A stretch of 63,785 nucleotides of DNA, filler included, from Bonamia ostreae (taxonomy: Eukaryota): assembly GCA_040357525.1 (NCBI GenBank). It is 13 parts of 13 records of this genome, joined end to end, with 100 filler letters (N's around TTAATTAATTAA, not from the genome) between each part and the next. Parts side by side here need not be neighbours in the genome. Positions count along the whole stretch, not along the records: positions 1 to 4,857 come from JBDODL010000256.1; positions 4,958 to 9,810 come from JBDODL010000257.1; positions 9,911 to 14,751 come from JBDODL010000258.1; 10 more parts are not named here. One strand, written 5' to 3'. The position numbers and the translations under genes were made by a program. Numbering within the stretch: the first letter of the stretch is position 1; each line of letters begins with the position of its first letter. Under the pieces are notes generated by a model. The model was not told where the DNA came from. It made no database searches and saw only the letters and a list, made by a program, of their open reading frames with translations. Of this stretch, positions 1 to 12,124 are shown piece by piece.

Positions 1-2038
1 TTTTATCTCTAAATCGCACGAATGCGATGGTAGCGAAAATCATTGCCACTTTATTTATCTTTTAAAACAAATTGATGTGTAAATGGAAAAATTTTTCTTA
101 AGGAAATCTACAACGTCAATATTTTCCGAAATATTTTTAGTCACTTCTTCATAAGCCATTTTGGTCCTATATTTTATCAAGCGCAAATTTACTTTAAACA
201 ATTCTTAATTGCAAAAAACTAAGAAGGTTTAGATTTGCAATAAATCCAAAAATCGATAAATTTTTGGAAAATAAGCCTCACTTCGTTATAAAAATCGATT
301 TTTACATATTTTTACGATAAAAAACTGAAAATTTTCCATTATTTTGAAAAAAATAGTTATTACAAAAGTTCAAATCTCTCAAAAATTTTGTGTAAAGAAT
401 TTACTCGTCACTGTTCGAACCAGTATTTGCTTTTTTCTCGTTTTTCCAACGAAAAACATTCTTTCAGCTCTTCACAATTAATTTTCGGTTCACTGAAAAT
501 AAAATTATTTGCAATTATTTTGTCATTTGATAAAATTTTACAAAAATCATCGCCCATTTCTTTGGCCGCGGCACCAACAATTTTTTCGTGCAATCTCTGC
601 AAAATCTTATGTTTGAATAAGAATCGAAACCGGGTTAAAACCAATTTTCACTTCACTTTTTATTTCACAACTATCCACAAATTCTTCCATTTTCAATAAC
701 TGTTCTTTTGTGACACTTTCAAATTTCTGGTCTCTCTTTGTCACCAATCTTTTATAAAATTTTAATCTAAAACTTGATATCTTCTCTGAACGGCAATTCG
801 TTCCAGACGAAATATCTTTCATTTCCGTTGATCCCCGGTGACAAGTATCCATACAATGGCATCGCTTTGTTCTGTTTGATGAGTCTTTCAGTTTAAATGA
901 TCGTTGCAACCTGACAATAGCGACCGAGTTAGTTTTGCGGCAAGCGCTCACAAATGCCGCCAGAAGCAAAACAGATCTCTCGTTTTCCGGTTGGGCGCAG
1001 ACATAATCAGAAGTGGACATTCTAAGGGGCAGCAAATCGATTCGGTCTCTTTTGACAAATCCCAAGAGACAAAATGATTTTTCCGTCTTCGATTCAAGTC
1101 CCTCTTCGTCAAAGACGGTAAAAGGGACGATGTCCTTTCCGAAAGAAAATGCTTTTATTTTGTCTTTGACAAAATAAGGCGAGTCGGGAGAGTCGTTTTT
1201 GATGACATTGTCTTCATCGAACAGACCGTAATAACGGGAAATGGTTTTTATCGCAGATTTGGTGTCGGCTCTTCGCCTTTTCGCGGGAGGCGCTCTTTCC
1301 ACCTTCGTTTTGCTGTAACAACATACTGAGATTTTTAAGGCGTTGCCGATGTTTAGGAAGCCTTTATATTTCGGTACCTTCAAAATTAGGTTTTTGGAAA
1401 ACCTTTTTTACAAAAATGGTTAAAATAATGGAATATTGTTCTTGAAATAAAAACGTGTTTAATCGATCGTTTCCGTTCGTTTTTAGCTTTGAAAATGGCG
1501 TCCCGAAACGTCGAAACTGATATGAATTTGTTTGCGATCGAATTGTAGAAATCGTTAAATTTTTGCGACAGCAATATAAACTCGACAAAGATTTTGTTTT
1601 CCGACAATGTATCGTTAATGTCAGAATTTCCAAAGTTTTCGTTGATTTTGCAGTTTGTTATGAAATGAATTTTAATGGTGTATTTTCTCTTCTTTATAAC
1701 GTTCTGAATTTCTTCAATTAAGTTTTTAAGAATATCAGTTTTTTGGGACTTCGACAAATCAGTTTTTAATTTTATTTCTTTAATTTTCTTTTTGTTTTTG
1801 TTTGGAAAATGGGAACTTTGAGGTCTTCTAGATCAAACTGTTGTTTCAATGGCGAGATATCAGTTAGTTCTCCTGAACTGCTGACGCCATAGATTCCGAA
1901 CATGTCCGTCTTCTTGTAAAATAAGAGTTTATTCATCGCATAGTTGGCTATATAATTTCGAGCTTTATCTAAAAGTCCGAAATCGTCGTTATTTGATAAT
2001 TCGTCGATAACTAAGACATCCGCAATTTTGTTGGTCAT
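1..2038 (-). CDS. KU80: Ku80 (vWA domain + Ku core), multi-exon, 3' end runs off the window
   Basis: N-terminal vWA-like VLVIDE...KLLFYKKTDMFGI; core YKGFLNIGNALKISVCCYSKT, KAFSFGKDIVPF, FCLLGFV, LAAFVSACRKTNSVAIVR; the 5' ORFs join through GT-AG introns. Confidence 0.85.
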
Positions 2039-2199
2039 TTATTGCGAATTTTAATAATATAAAAAGTTTAAAAATTTGGGATTTAAAGTTTGCCCAATTA
2101 ATTATCTTTTTTGCTTCCAATTTTTTTAACATCACAAAAAATTATGAATAAAAGACTTTTGTGTTTTCTTCATATCGATTTGTCAAAAACTGAGTTTTA

Positions 2200-2400
2200 A
2201 AAATAACAATTTTTTTAAAGACTTCAATAAAAACGACCTCGAAAAAATAAAAAAAAAGTAAAAAAAAATTATCATCCAAAATAACAAAAAAAATAAAAAA
2301 ATGACTTCGAAAAAATAAAAAAATGTCTTCCAAAACAACAAAAAAAAATAAAAAAAATGACTTCGAAATAAACAAAAAAATGTCTTCCAAAACAAAGATT
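2200..2400. repeat. A-rich degenerate tandem repeat (aaaaaaatgacttcgaaa / aaaaatgtcttccaaaacaa units)
   Basis: Repeated units visible directly. Confidence 0.7.
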
Positions 2401-2772
2401 ATAAATATCTTCACCGGAAAGTTGCATTTTTATCATCCAATTTTTGTTAAAATAAATTGTTTGAACAGCGTTTGGCGATTTAAATTCATGAAAAAATGGT
2501 TTGCAAGGACGTCCACAAAAGACAAGAACACGTTCAATAAAGAACGGAAGAAATTATCAACTATGAAAAATGGTTTGCTTTAAATAGCCACGGTGCTCAA
2601 CCAGAGCCAAATTTAACAAGCTACAAAAATTTTGCTTTAACATACCCATTTTTACATTGTGCAATGTATAACCAAATCAACAAAATTCCAAGTTTAATAT
2701 TGTATTGCGTAAATAAATAGATATTTAAAGCTTTAGCAATTTGACTAAATCAGGCACCTTTAACCTCAAAAG

Positions 2773-3246
2773 ATGAACCAATCCGACGTACAAAGTTTTT
2801 AACGTAACCGGAAAGACTTGGCGAAAAATTTTCTCTCGAGTTTCTACGGAAAGTACGAAGAAGACCGCACCAGCTTGGACCAATTCTTCGTAACTTTTCA
2901 AAATTTTAGTCAAACCAGTCAATGGCGAGCATAGAAGGCACCCACGCGATGGGCAAAGCGAACATTAAAAACGCTTTCATCGTTTTGCTCACATTCCAAA
3001 CAAATTATATTAAAATCTCTAATATCGAAGAACCAAATAAAAGCGAACAAAATCCGACATCAAGTGACGACGTTCGATGCTCATCCTTTGCCAGATGGAG
3101 CCGTTTTTATAATGGTCACCGGGAAACTGAGGATCGACAACGACGCGAACGCTGTCAATTATTCGGAATCGTTTCTGCTCAAAAAAGATCCGAGCATCGG
3201 GAATTACTACATTCACAGCAATATTTTCAGGATAAATTATGGATGA
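2773..3246 (+). CDS. NTF2: Nuclear transport factor 2; introns 2795-2815 (21 nt), 2890-2909 (20 nt), 2982-3030 (49 nt)
   Basis: Spliced product MNQSDVQNLAKNFLSSFYGKYEEDRTSLDQFF...TTFDAHP...IMVTGKLRID...YYIHSNIFRINYG, with the typical NTF2 C-terminus. Confidence 0.9.
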
Positions 3247-3472
3247 AAATAAATAACAAAATTGTCCATTTTCAAAAACAATAAATGACGACAAATCTCT
3301 TTTATAAATTATGTTGAATAAATCTCTTTCGCAAAAAGATCGATTTTTATAAAATGTCATTTGTTATCAAAATAAACGGGATTTTATAACATTTAATCTC
3401 TCACCATTTTAAACTTTATATGACAAAACAATAAGCAAATTAAGTTTTTCGGCGATTAGACGAATTAGCAAA

Positions 3473-4836
3473 ATGGCGTCGATAATTCCAAAATTGCCGT
3501 CAAATGTACAAAAGCTGCTTGGAATCGGCGGAGACAGCGACGACGAAAAAAAAGTTTTAAAACCGAATTTAGATCATTTCGAAAACAGAAGATTTGGTAG
3601 ACGAACTTAATCGATGCGAGTTAATGGTAGACCTCTACAAAAACCAGATCTACAAAAAATCCGACATTATTCAGGATAGAAAATCCGAAACTGTCGAAAA
3701 ACCGAGTAAATTTCATATTTTGTAAAGACGAAAAAACCGATTTCGATTTTGATAATTTCGGCGAAGACGAAAACGAAGAAAATGAAAATTTATTCGAATA
3801 CGATCAAATCCCCCAAAACTCACCAAAACTTTTCATTTCCGACGAAAACGTGGAAATGCAAATTTCAAAAGAAAAAGTCGAAAAAGCGTTGGAGTCGGTC
3901 AGGAAAAGTCTCTTCGGTTTGTCAAAATTTTCTGACAAATTTCCGTCTTTAGACAAAACCAAAAATTTGCAGAAACGTTTCGCTAAAATTTTAAACTCTT
4001 TAAATGACGAGAAAACGATTAAAAGCGATCTTATAAGTCCCATTAAAAACGGTTCGGACATTAAAAACTTTGAGCTCAAAACAGATAATGGGCAAAATGT
4101 TAAAGCGTTTTTAAGAGAAGTTTTTGATATCGAAGACGAAATCGATATCAAAAACGACCATTTTGTCAAAAATGACAAAACTGATTTTGACAAAGAATTG
4201 GAGAAGTCCGAAGTAGAATATAATGGGGAAAATGTTAAAAAGAAAGAAAAAGTGTCTGAAATTGACGTGAACAAGATTTTTGGGCCACCAAAAGAAAAAA
4301 CATCCGTCATTAAAAAACGGAGCTTTAAAGACGATTTTGTTGAGAAAAAGCGGTCTGAAATTTCCGAAGACTTAAATGACATGGCAGTTACTCTTAAAGA
4401 CACAGCCGTTAACTTTGGTCAAACAATTCTCGGAGATTTAACTGTTTTAATTTCTTGACTTATTTTCAGCTTAAACTTTACTATTATTGTTAACGGTTTT
4501 GCATAAATAACATTTAATGGCGTCGACTTAAAATCTGTTTTTTACAACTTTAAAGAACTTTAATAAACTGCTAAAAGCTCTAAATATCTATCGTTAATTT
4601 TAATAAATGTCCTAATTCTAAAAATGTCATTTGTAAAGAAACTTGAATCGATTGATAATATGTTTTCAGAGAACAAGGACAAAGTCGGCAACATGACCAA
4701 AGAATTACAGAAGGAACAAAGAATCGGAGGATACGCAGAATCGATTTTTTCTTATGCCATTTTGGTTATTGTTTTTGTGCTGACCTATTTTGTTATCAAA
4801 ACTTTTCCGACGGAAAAGAAACTAAACTTTACTTAG
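3473..4836 (+). CDS. USE1: USE1-like ER Qc-SNARE, multi-exon
   Basis: SNARE-like helix EISEDLNDMAVTLKDTAVNFGQTI...IDNMFSENKDKV and a C-terminal TM ending IKTFP. Confidence 0.65.
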
Positions 4837-4957
4837 CAATTTTATTAAATTTAAAAANNNNNNNNNNNNNNNNNNNNNNNNNNNNNNNNNNNNNNNNNNN
4901 NTTAATTAATTAANNNNNNNNNNNNNNNNNNNNNNNNNNNNNNNNNNNNNNNNNNNN

Positions 4958-5418
4958 GGTTTATGTTGTTGAGGCATTTGATTTACTGAAGGTTGAAATT
5001 GATTGTTCGCAATTCCACGATAGCGACCCTTTTCCGTCAAATTTTCTTTAAATTTATTTTGAACATTTTCCGATAAAAATCGTTCTTCGTTTTTATTCAA
5101 TTCGGAAATGCGTTCATTATTCCGCATTTCGTTCATTCCTTTTGTAGATGGAATTTGAGTACCGTGTACAACATGCGATTGTTGCTTTGGTCGGTTTTCG
5201 GATTCAAGTGGAAATCTGTGTTGGTTTGGATGTGCGAGACTAAAACGATTTTCGTGCATTTGCCAATCTTGTCGGTTGTCGTTTAGAGGTTTGGAGCCCC
5301 TTTGATCGTACTGTTCTGGAATTCTATTAGAGTCTTTATTTTCTTCGAAATATCCGTCTGATTCAAACGAATCACTGTCAGGATTGTAAAACTTCAACTG
5401 TTCATCATCGGAACTCAT
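4958..5418 (-). CDS. Hypothetical protein, low-complexity N/Q-rich N-terminus (partial)
   Basis: Open ORF from ATG 5418 into the spacer; no recognisable domain. Confidence 0.55.
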
Positions 5419-5594
5419 TATATGTTTAATTGTTAATATTTTAACACTTTAATGTCTAACCATTTTCTTTATAAATGCATTAAAGTTTCAATCCCAATAA
5501 ATCAATAATGTTACAATGAGAAAAATAAAAAAATACATTTTAAACATGCTTTCAATAGCTACATTAAAATTAGATTCATTTTAGCATTGAGTAT

Positions 5595-5745
5595 TTATTT
5601 AATGGAGAGATATAGATATAATTAAAGGCCATCAGCGGATATTTGTTTAATGGACAGATCTAGATATAATTAAAGACCATCGGATATTTGTTTAATGGAG
5701 AGATTTACATATAATGACATTTGATAGTAATGACATTTGAGCGAT
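5595..5745. repeat. Degenerate ~45-49 bp tandem repeat (tttaatggaNagat...gatataattaaag...) downstream of RPS15
   Basis: About 2.5 copies visible. Confidence 0.7.
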
Positions 5746-5749
5746 ATTT

Positions 5750-6207
5750 TTATTTTAAGGGCACAAATCTAGAAGTCTTGCTCACGTTGGATTTGTTGTG
5801 CGCGACCATGTTATAAGTTAACGCGAACTCTCCTGTATAATGACCGATCATGTTCTGCCGGATTTCGAACTCTTTGAACTCCTTTCCGGTGTAGACAGCG
5901 ACGCGGGAGCTGATCATGTCGGGCGTGATCATGACGTTGCGCAAATGCGTTTTAACTGTTTTGATTTTGTTGTCTGTTCTCTTGGCCGCTGCGTGTTTTG
6001 CCTTCAAAAGCTTCTTCCGAAAAATGATTTCTCTGTTCTTCTTTCCTCTCTTAATTTTTCTTCGCATCCTGGCTGGAAGGAGCTCTTTAAACTCTTCTTT
6101 GGATGCGTCGATCAATTCAAGGATATCGACGCCGCGGTAGTAATATTTTCTGAAGCGCTTCCTCTCTGTTTTCTGTTTCATTATTTCAATAAAACCTGTG
6201 AAGACAT
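5750..6207 (-). CDS. RPS15: 40S ribosomal protein S15 (uS19); 23-nt intron 6173-6195
   Basis: FRKYYYRGVD, VKTHLRNVMITPDMI, MIGHYTGEFALTY, SRFVPLK; first exon ATG TCT TCA CAG. Confidence 0.96.
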
Positions 6208-6402
6208 AACCCTTCGATATTAATTAGCTTTATATAATTTAGCTTTTCAATTTTTATATGTAAGTTGTTTAATTTTTGTGTTTATAAAATAAATGTGAAG
6301 AATCAAACTATATCCGATAAATAAAAACATTAAAAATCTCATTGAATTGCAATTTTTTTATAGAATTGTTATAAAATTTAATTTGGCGAACAAATTAGTC
6401 GA

Positions 6403-7312
6403 TTAACTCAAATCACCCAAAACTCTTTTCGCTTCGTCTATCAAAACGATCGCCGATTTTACATCATCCAATCGCAATGCCTTTACGCTCTCATTTAGCA
6501 ATTCTTCGCCCTTCAAAATAGTGTTCATTCGCTGTCTCTTATTCTGTCCTTTATTTATCATATCTCCTATTTGTGTTTGTTTTCGCGGTTCTTTTTCATC
6601 AATATTGAACTGAAAATTTTCACTCAAATCATTTTCATTATTTTTCTTCGAAATTTGATTTGGTAGATTTTGCATAGTCTCATCGCTTTCATTATTTTCG
6701 TTTTGCCGGCTGTTCTCACTGAGTTTCAAATTTTCAATTGGAAGATGTTCTATTTTCTTAGTCAATTGAACGCATTTGAATTTGCAGAATTTTATCCTTT
6801 CTACTAGTTTTCGGTCGTCTATACGTTTTATCGAATTAACCTTCTCCGTCCATTTGTTTCAAGTTCCTCAATGTTTCCAGGATCAGTGAAGCGCTATAGA
6901 ATAGTTTCACAGTGTTTCTACAGATTGCTTTATAAACTTTGACAATTGGTCATTTTTTTCCTGTACGAACGCGTTTTCTATTTGAAGAATCGCGATTTTG
7001 GACATCTTTTGATAAATCAAATAGGAACAAAGTTTTATCGTTTAAATCAAACCTTTTCTTTGGCTTCTTCTTTTTTGCCTTTGTAGTCATTACTTTCCTT
7101 TTTTTGAAAATATAATCGGTTAAAACATTTTCGAGATATTGCAGATTTTTTACGATCAAGTTTTTCAAAATTGGTGGTTTCTCCTCAATGGTCATCGCTT
7201 GTTTGACTGCAGTCAATCTCATGTAATACGAGATTAGCGGTTCAGTTTGGCGTAGAGCATCTGACTTTGAAAAAAACTTTTGAACGCTTTTTACTGTTTT
7301 GCTTTTGTCCAT
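6403..7312 (-). CDS. VTA1: VTA1/LIP5 (ESCRT/Vps4 cofactor), multi-exon
   Basis: MIT-like N-terminus EPLISYYMRLTAVKQAM and VSL-like C-terminus SVKALRLDDVKSAIVLIDEA. Confidence 0.8.
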
Positions 7313-8028
7313 TTTTATGTCTTTCAATATATTTTATCAAATGATTAATAATTGCAAACTATCTATTTTTCGAAAACTATTTTTCTATTTTTCGAAAAAT
7401 TTTTAAAAAAATTTTCAATGTTTTTAGCCTTAAAAAAATTAATACTTTAAAAGCAATTTTTAAGTTTCGATCAAAAGAGTGCAAGATTTACAAATTTAAA
7501 TTCTATATATTTTTTAAATTTTTGTATAAACGCAAAGGACAAACATGTTAATTTGAAATATATTTAAAACATTGAACAATAAAATGATCAATATTTTCTT
7601 AAAAATTATTTGCGGCTGTTTAAGTCTTAATTATTTTATTATTTTTTTATTTAAAATGGGTTTAAATAAAAAGGACAGTTCTTCAATTTGTAAAAATAAA
7701 GAAACAATTGTAATAAATATATTTAAAAAGAATTTTATTAAAAATAAAAAATTGCAATTAGAAATGTTAATTAATATAAAAATTATTCCCTGGAATCACT
7801 ATTTTGGCATGAATAGGGAAAGGCTTCAAAAATAAGATTTTTCATTTAATGCATTAACTGTACTATTAATTGTTCTATTAAAATTAAAAAAGATGAAGGG
7901 ACCTGGTATACAAAACGAAAAAAATTACTCTAAATTTTGTAATATAAATTCTAAATTTTCTTAAATTATTTATGAAAATAAAACAGTTATTTTTAAGAAA
8001 ATTTTCGTTTTTAAACGAACAAAGTGAT

Positions 8029-9233
8029 TTAATCAGAAAAGTCAAAAATGTAAAGACCATTTTTGGTTAAAATTTTGTTGCCTTTCGAAATACCCGGTTT
8101 CGAACTGCTCGAATCGTCTGAACTGGATGAATATTCGTTTTGCCCAAACGATCTTTTTCCAACAGACAAAACCGCCAAGTTTTCAGACAATTTATTTAAA
8201 TCAATATCGTTAACGAATTCAAACGGCGTTCTAAAACATTTTTCGGGTTCTAAATCGTCTTATAAAACTAAAACTTGGGCATACTTCGGCTGCATAAAGA
8301 TCAAATTTTCTGATAATTCCATCGGCCGAAGAGGTAAAGAGATATTTGCCATCTGTGCTTTTGCAGAACCCCATTCGCTGATTTCCGATCGTGTGAACAG
8401 GGCGTTCGAACCAAGCCACTGGCTTCGCTGCAAACCTGCAGTCCCACATTAAAATTTCGCTTTGCTTTCTTGCCGATGACAACAGATAAGAGAAATCGTC
8501 CGTCATATCGACTTTCCAGATCCCGTTTCTGTTCGTGTCCCAATCAAAGTCGATCGTTGCCTTCCCGCTTTTTTCGTCGAAAATAAATGTTTTGCCTTTG
8601 TAGTCCCCCACAGCCCAAATTTTCCCTGAAGCATCCGCTGCCGCAATCGTCGAGATAGCGTTTTTTGCCAGCTGTATAAAAGAAAAATTTTTGCTAAAAT
8701 ATAACTTTTCCGTTTTGCGAAGGCAACTTTAATTTAATCGCTTTGTTTCCCGGTTCTGAAACCGAAAACTTGCTCATAAAGCCGCGATGGCCGCAGACGA
8801 ATTGGTCTCCAGCGGGAGAAAATCCAATCGAAAAGGCGGTTGCCGTTTCTTCGTTGGCATCAAATGTACTATCATTGAGTTTTACGAACCAATACGACGA
8901 TATTAGTTTCCCATTGAACGCGTCGAAGGCGTGGATCGGGCGCCCTCTCGAACACGAAAACAAAAGACAGGTTTCTGGATGCCTCGAACTCATCGCGGGA
9001 GACCAAGCCATATCGTATACCGAACCTTGTTCCGGCATTGTCAAAACTGGTTTTAAATCATTCGTGTTGTGCTCCTTTTTTCCCAGAAGCAGCGATTGGG
9101 GAGTTTCAAATACAAAAAGCTTTTTCTCTTCACTGAAAGTGGAAAAACAGAGTCCGTCCGGTGACCAGCAGCTGCGTTGTGGAAAGTTTGCTTTAAATTG
9201 ATCTTCTGATCTGCATTTGGGTGGCAGAGCCAT
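8029..9233 (-). CDS. WRAP53: WRAP53/TCAB1 WD40 protein (telomerase Cajal body protein)
   Basis: CWSPDGLC, VYDMAWSPAMSSRHPETC, RGRPIHAFDAFNGKLISSY, AFSIGFSPAG, TIGNQRMGF motifs. Confidence 0.85.
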
Positions 9234-10109
9234 TATACAGTTTTTCTATAAACAAAATTTCTTTAAACATTATTCAAAGATAAACAAAGAGTTATTTTGA
9301 AATTGAAAAACATTTATGGAAACTAACGTTGATTTATTTTTAATTTTACTTTAAATTTATTTCAGTATGTTGGAGTTGGTTTTTCGTACATTTTTAAATT
9401 CCAAGTTTTAAAGAATTCTGTAATTTTGTTTAATTCTTGAATTGTTTAATATTTTTAAATTTTTATAAAAAAAATAGATCTTTGTTTTTGTTTGCCATTG
9501 TTTAAAAATAATTTTATATTTTCTTAATATTATTTTTTCGTTTAAGTATAATAATTATTATAATTTTATTAAAAGAATTTCAAAGATCATCCATATTTCC
9601 GAAACTTTTAATGATGGATTAATTTTTAAATTAAAAATTATTCTCAAACTAAAATTGATTTTGCTTAATCAGTTTTTAGTAATTTTTAAATTATTTAAAT
9701 TACATTTGTTTATTTTGTTTTATTCTTTTTGAAAATTTTCTAGAATAAATAGAATAATGTTTATGTTTATTTTTGTTTTAAAATAAATTTTGTATTTTCT
9801 TAATTTTATTNNNNNNNNNNNNNNNNNNNNNNNNNNNNNNNNNNNNNNNNNNNNTTAATTAATTAANNNNNNNNNNNNNNNNNNNNNNNNNNNNNNNNNN
9901 NNNNNNNNNNTTCCTTTTAACACATAAATTTATTTCAGCCAAATTTTGCATTTAAAAATTTTACGCAATTAATTACTTAAGATGAATAAAATCTTTAAAG
10001 TACATTATTTTTTGATATTACAATATTTTTTCTATAATTCCATTTTAAAATTTTAATTTCTATTATCATTTTTGGTCATTTTGTTAAATTTATTAAAAAG
10101 AGCAAATTA

Positions 10110-10624
10110 TCAATTTAATAAAACGCGCGTTTCGTTTTCAATCTAAAATTCAAAAAATTAACTTGGCCGCTTTCTTCTGAAATCGTACTTAAACGTCGAT
10201 GAATGTTTTGTGGTTCAATTATATTTTTCCTTCTCTGAAAACATTTTGAACAAGAACACTTATCCAATGCACCAATAATAATAATTATAACAACAACAAT
10301 CATGAAAAAGGATATGAAAATAGCGAAATAGTTTAATTTGCAAACATAAAAATCAATCGAATTTAAGTCATCCACTTTTTTATAAACTCGGTCGCAAAAA
10401 AATTTTACTTTAACCTTTAATGGTTGTTTTTTGTTTTTAAAATACAGCTTCAATAGTGATTTACATGAAATTTCGAAAGTGAGATATTTATCAGAAACAT
10501 CGGTCACGTTATGTATCAACAATCCTGTTTTCTCTGGCAATTCACACGTGTTTTTGTGTGCTATGGCCAAAATAGACATGTTTGCAAAACACAAAAAATA
10601 TTTCATCATTTTAAATATTATCAT
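10110..10624 (-). CDS. Small type I membrane protein: signal peptide, 4-Cys ectodomain, TM, short tail; 20-nt intron near the 3' end
   Basis: Hydrophobic N-terminus, Cys spacing resembling a sushi/CCP domain, TM YFAIFISFFMIVVVIIIIIGAL. Confidence 0.65.
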
Positions 10625-11020
10625 TTTAGTATTTTGAAATTATAAAACTGTTCAATTTTCATTAAACTGTAATTTTAAAAATTCAAAAAAAACTAAACCG
10701 CAGTTGAAAGAGAAAATGGACAAATTTAAAAAAATAACTTCGAGACAGCGAAAAATGAATATTTAATTAAAAAAAACAGAAGAAAGAAGAAAAAATAATT
10801 ATTTATCAACAACAAAAGATTATTTTAGACCAAAAAATTTATCAAAAACAAAAGCGACTTTTTAACAATATTTTTAATGCAATTTTTGACTAAACAATTT
10901 ATTCGCAATTTTTGGAAAAAAATGACTAAAAACGAAATCAAAAAATAAATTATAAAAAAAAGAAAAATTACAAAAAAGCTAAATAATAAAGTTTGAAAAT
11001 TTTAGACTTTTACATTAAAA

Positions 11021-11296
11021 ATGGACATAAAATTTTCAGATGACTATTCAAAGAATAAATATTTTCTAATTGAAGTTGAAGAAAATTTTGATTTGAAAAA
11101 TCGAATCGATTTGGTTGAAAACGGCAATTCAGTTTTTCTTAAAAAAGGCGAAAATCTGTTTTTGAAATTTTCTAAAAACAAAATTTTTAGAATTGAAATG
11201 ACAAAACACGAAACTTCAAACGCAAATATGATATTAAAAAACAAAAGCGAGATTGTTGAAATAACAAATTCCTACTTTAGCGCCATTAAACAATAA
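11021..11296 (+). CDS. Short DCC1-like protein (N-terminal part only), probable in-frame 33-nt intron
   Basis: IKFSDDYSKNKYFLIEV...VFLKKGENLIEMTKHETSNANMIL resembles the Dcc1 N-terminus (YKLIQL...VLC...TSN). Confidence 0.4.
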   Translation: MDIKFSDDYSKNKYFLIEVEENFDLKNRIDLVENGNSVFLKKGENLFLKFSKNKIFRIEMTKHETSNANMILKNKSEIVEITNSYFSAIKQ

Positions 11297-11518
11297 ATTC
11301 AAATTTAGCAAATTATAAATTTAGCAATAGACATCGCAAAACATGCACAGAAAATCTAAATTCTAAAACAATAACTACCAAATAAACAAAAACACATCAA
11401 TATACACAAAATCCTTAACTAAAATTTTTTCACAAAGCTTATTAATTTTAACCATAATCAATATAACACAACTACATTTACTTTAAAGTTTTTCAATATA
11501 CTTACACGAGTAGCTTAA

Positions 11519-11969
11519 ATGGTTAATTTGTTTATTTTTTTAGAACGCGGGCATCGAGCTAAGCGAAAAAGCGATGGAAGATTTCAAACAACTTAAAAAG
11601 GCGAAAAATCAACATTTCATGATACTCGAGATCGACTCGAAAAAAGGTCAAATATATTCCAAGCACATGCAAAATAGCACTCAAGAGGAGCCAGAAGATG
11701 CTTTTGAGATTTTTGCTGAATATCTACTCGAAAACTTTGAGAAGAAGCCAGCTTATGTCGTCTTAGACTTCGATTTCGAGAAAAGCGGTGGAAAGAAAAA
11801 TAAACTCATTTTGGTATCTTGGGTTCCAGATGAATCGCCCCCGATGTCAAAAATGGTCTACGCGACAACAGCGACAAGTGCAAAAAATTCTCTTGTCGGA
11901 GTGCACAAATTGGTCCAAGTTAACGACGAAAAGTCGTTGTCGTATAAGAACTTTGTGTCCAAAATGTAG
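11519..11969 (+). CDS. COF1: Cofilin/ADF; ATG-only first coding exon, 22-nt intron 11522-11543
   Basis: MNAGIELSE..., PAYVVLDFDF, KLILVSWVPDESPPMSKMVYAT. Confidence 0.93.
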
Positions 11970-12124
11970 ATGTAGTAAAACGGCTTACGTCTTTTTCTAC
12001 AATTTTTATTTTTTTGTGATTTTTCGGTGAACAAATATTTAAGTTTGGAAATGACGTTTATAAAAGAGATTTGATAATAATTGGATTTTTTGATATAAAA
12101 AATTGTGGCGAGAAGGTTAATTTA

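Noticed and set aside
2323-2620. Small ORF MKKWFARTSTKDK... between Ku80 and NTF2
   Set aside because: Could be a real small gene, but I found no recognisable motif or consistent exon model
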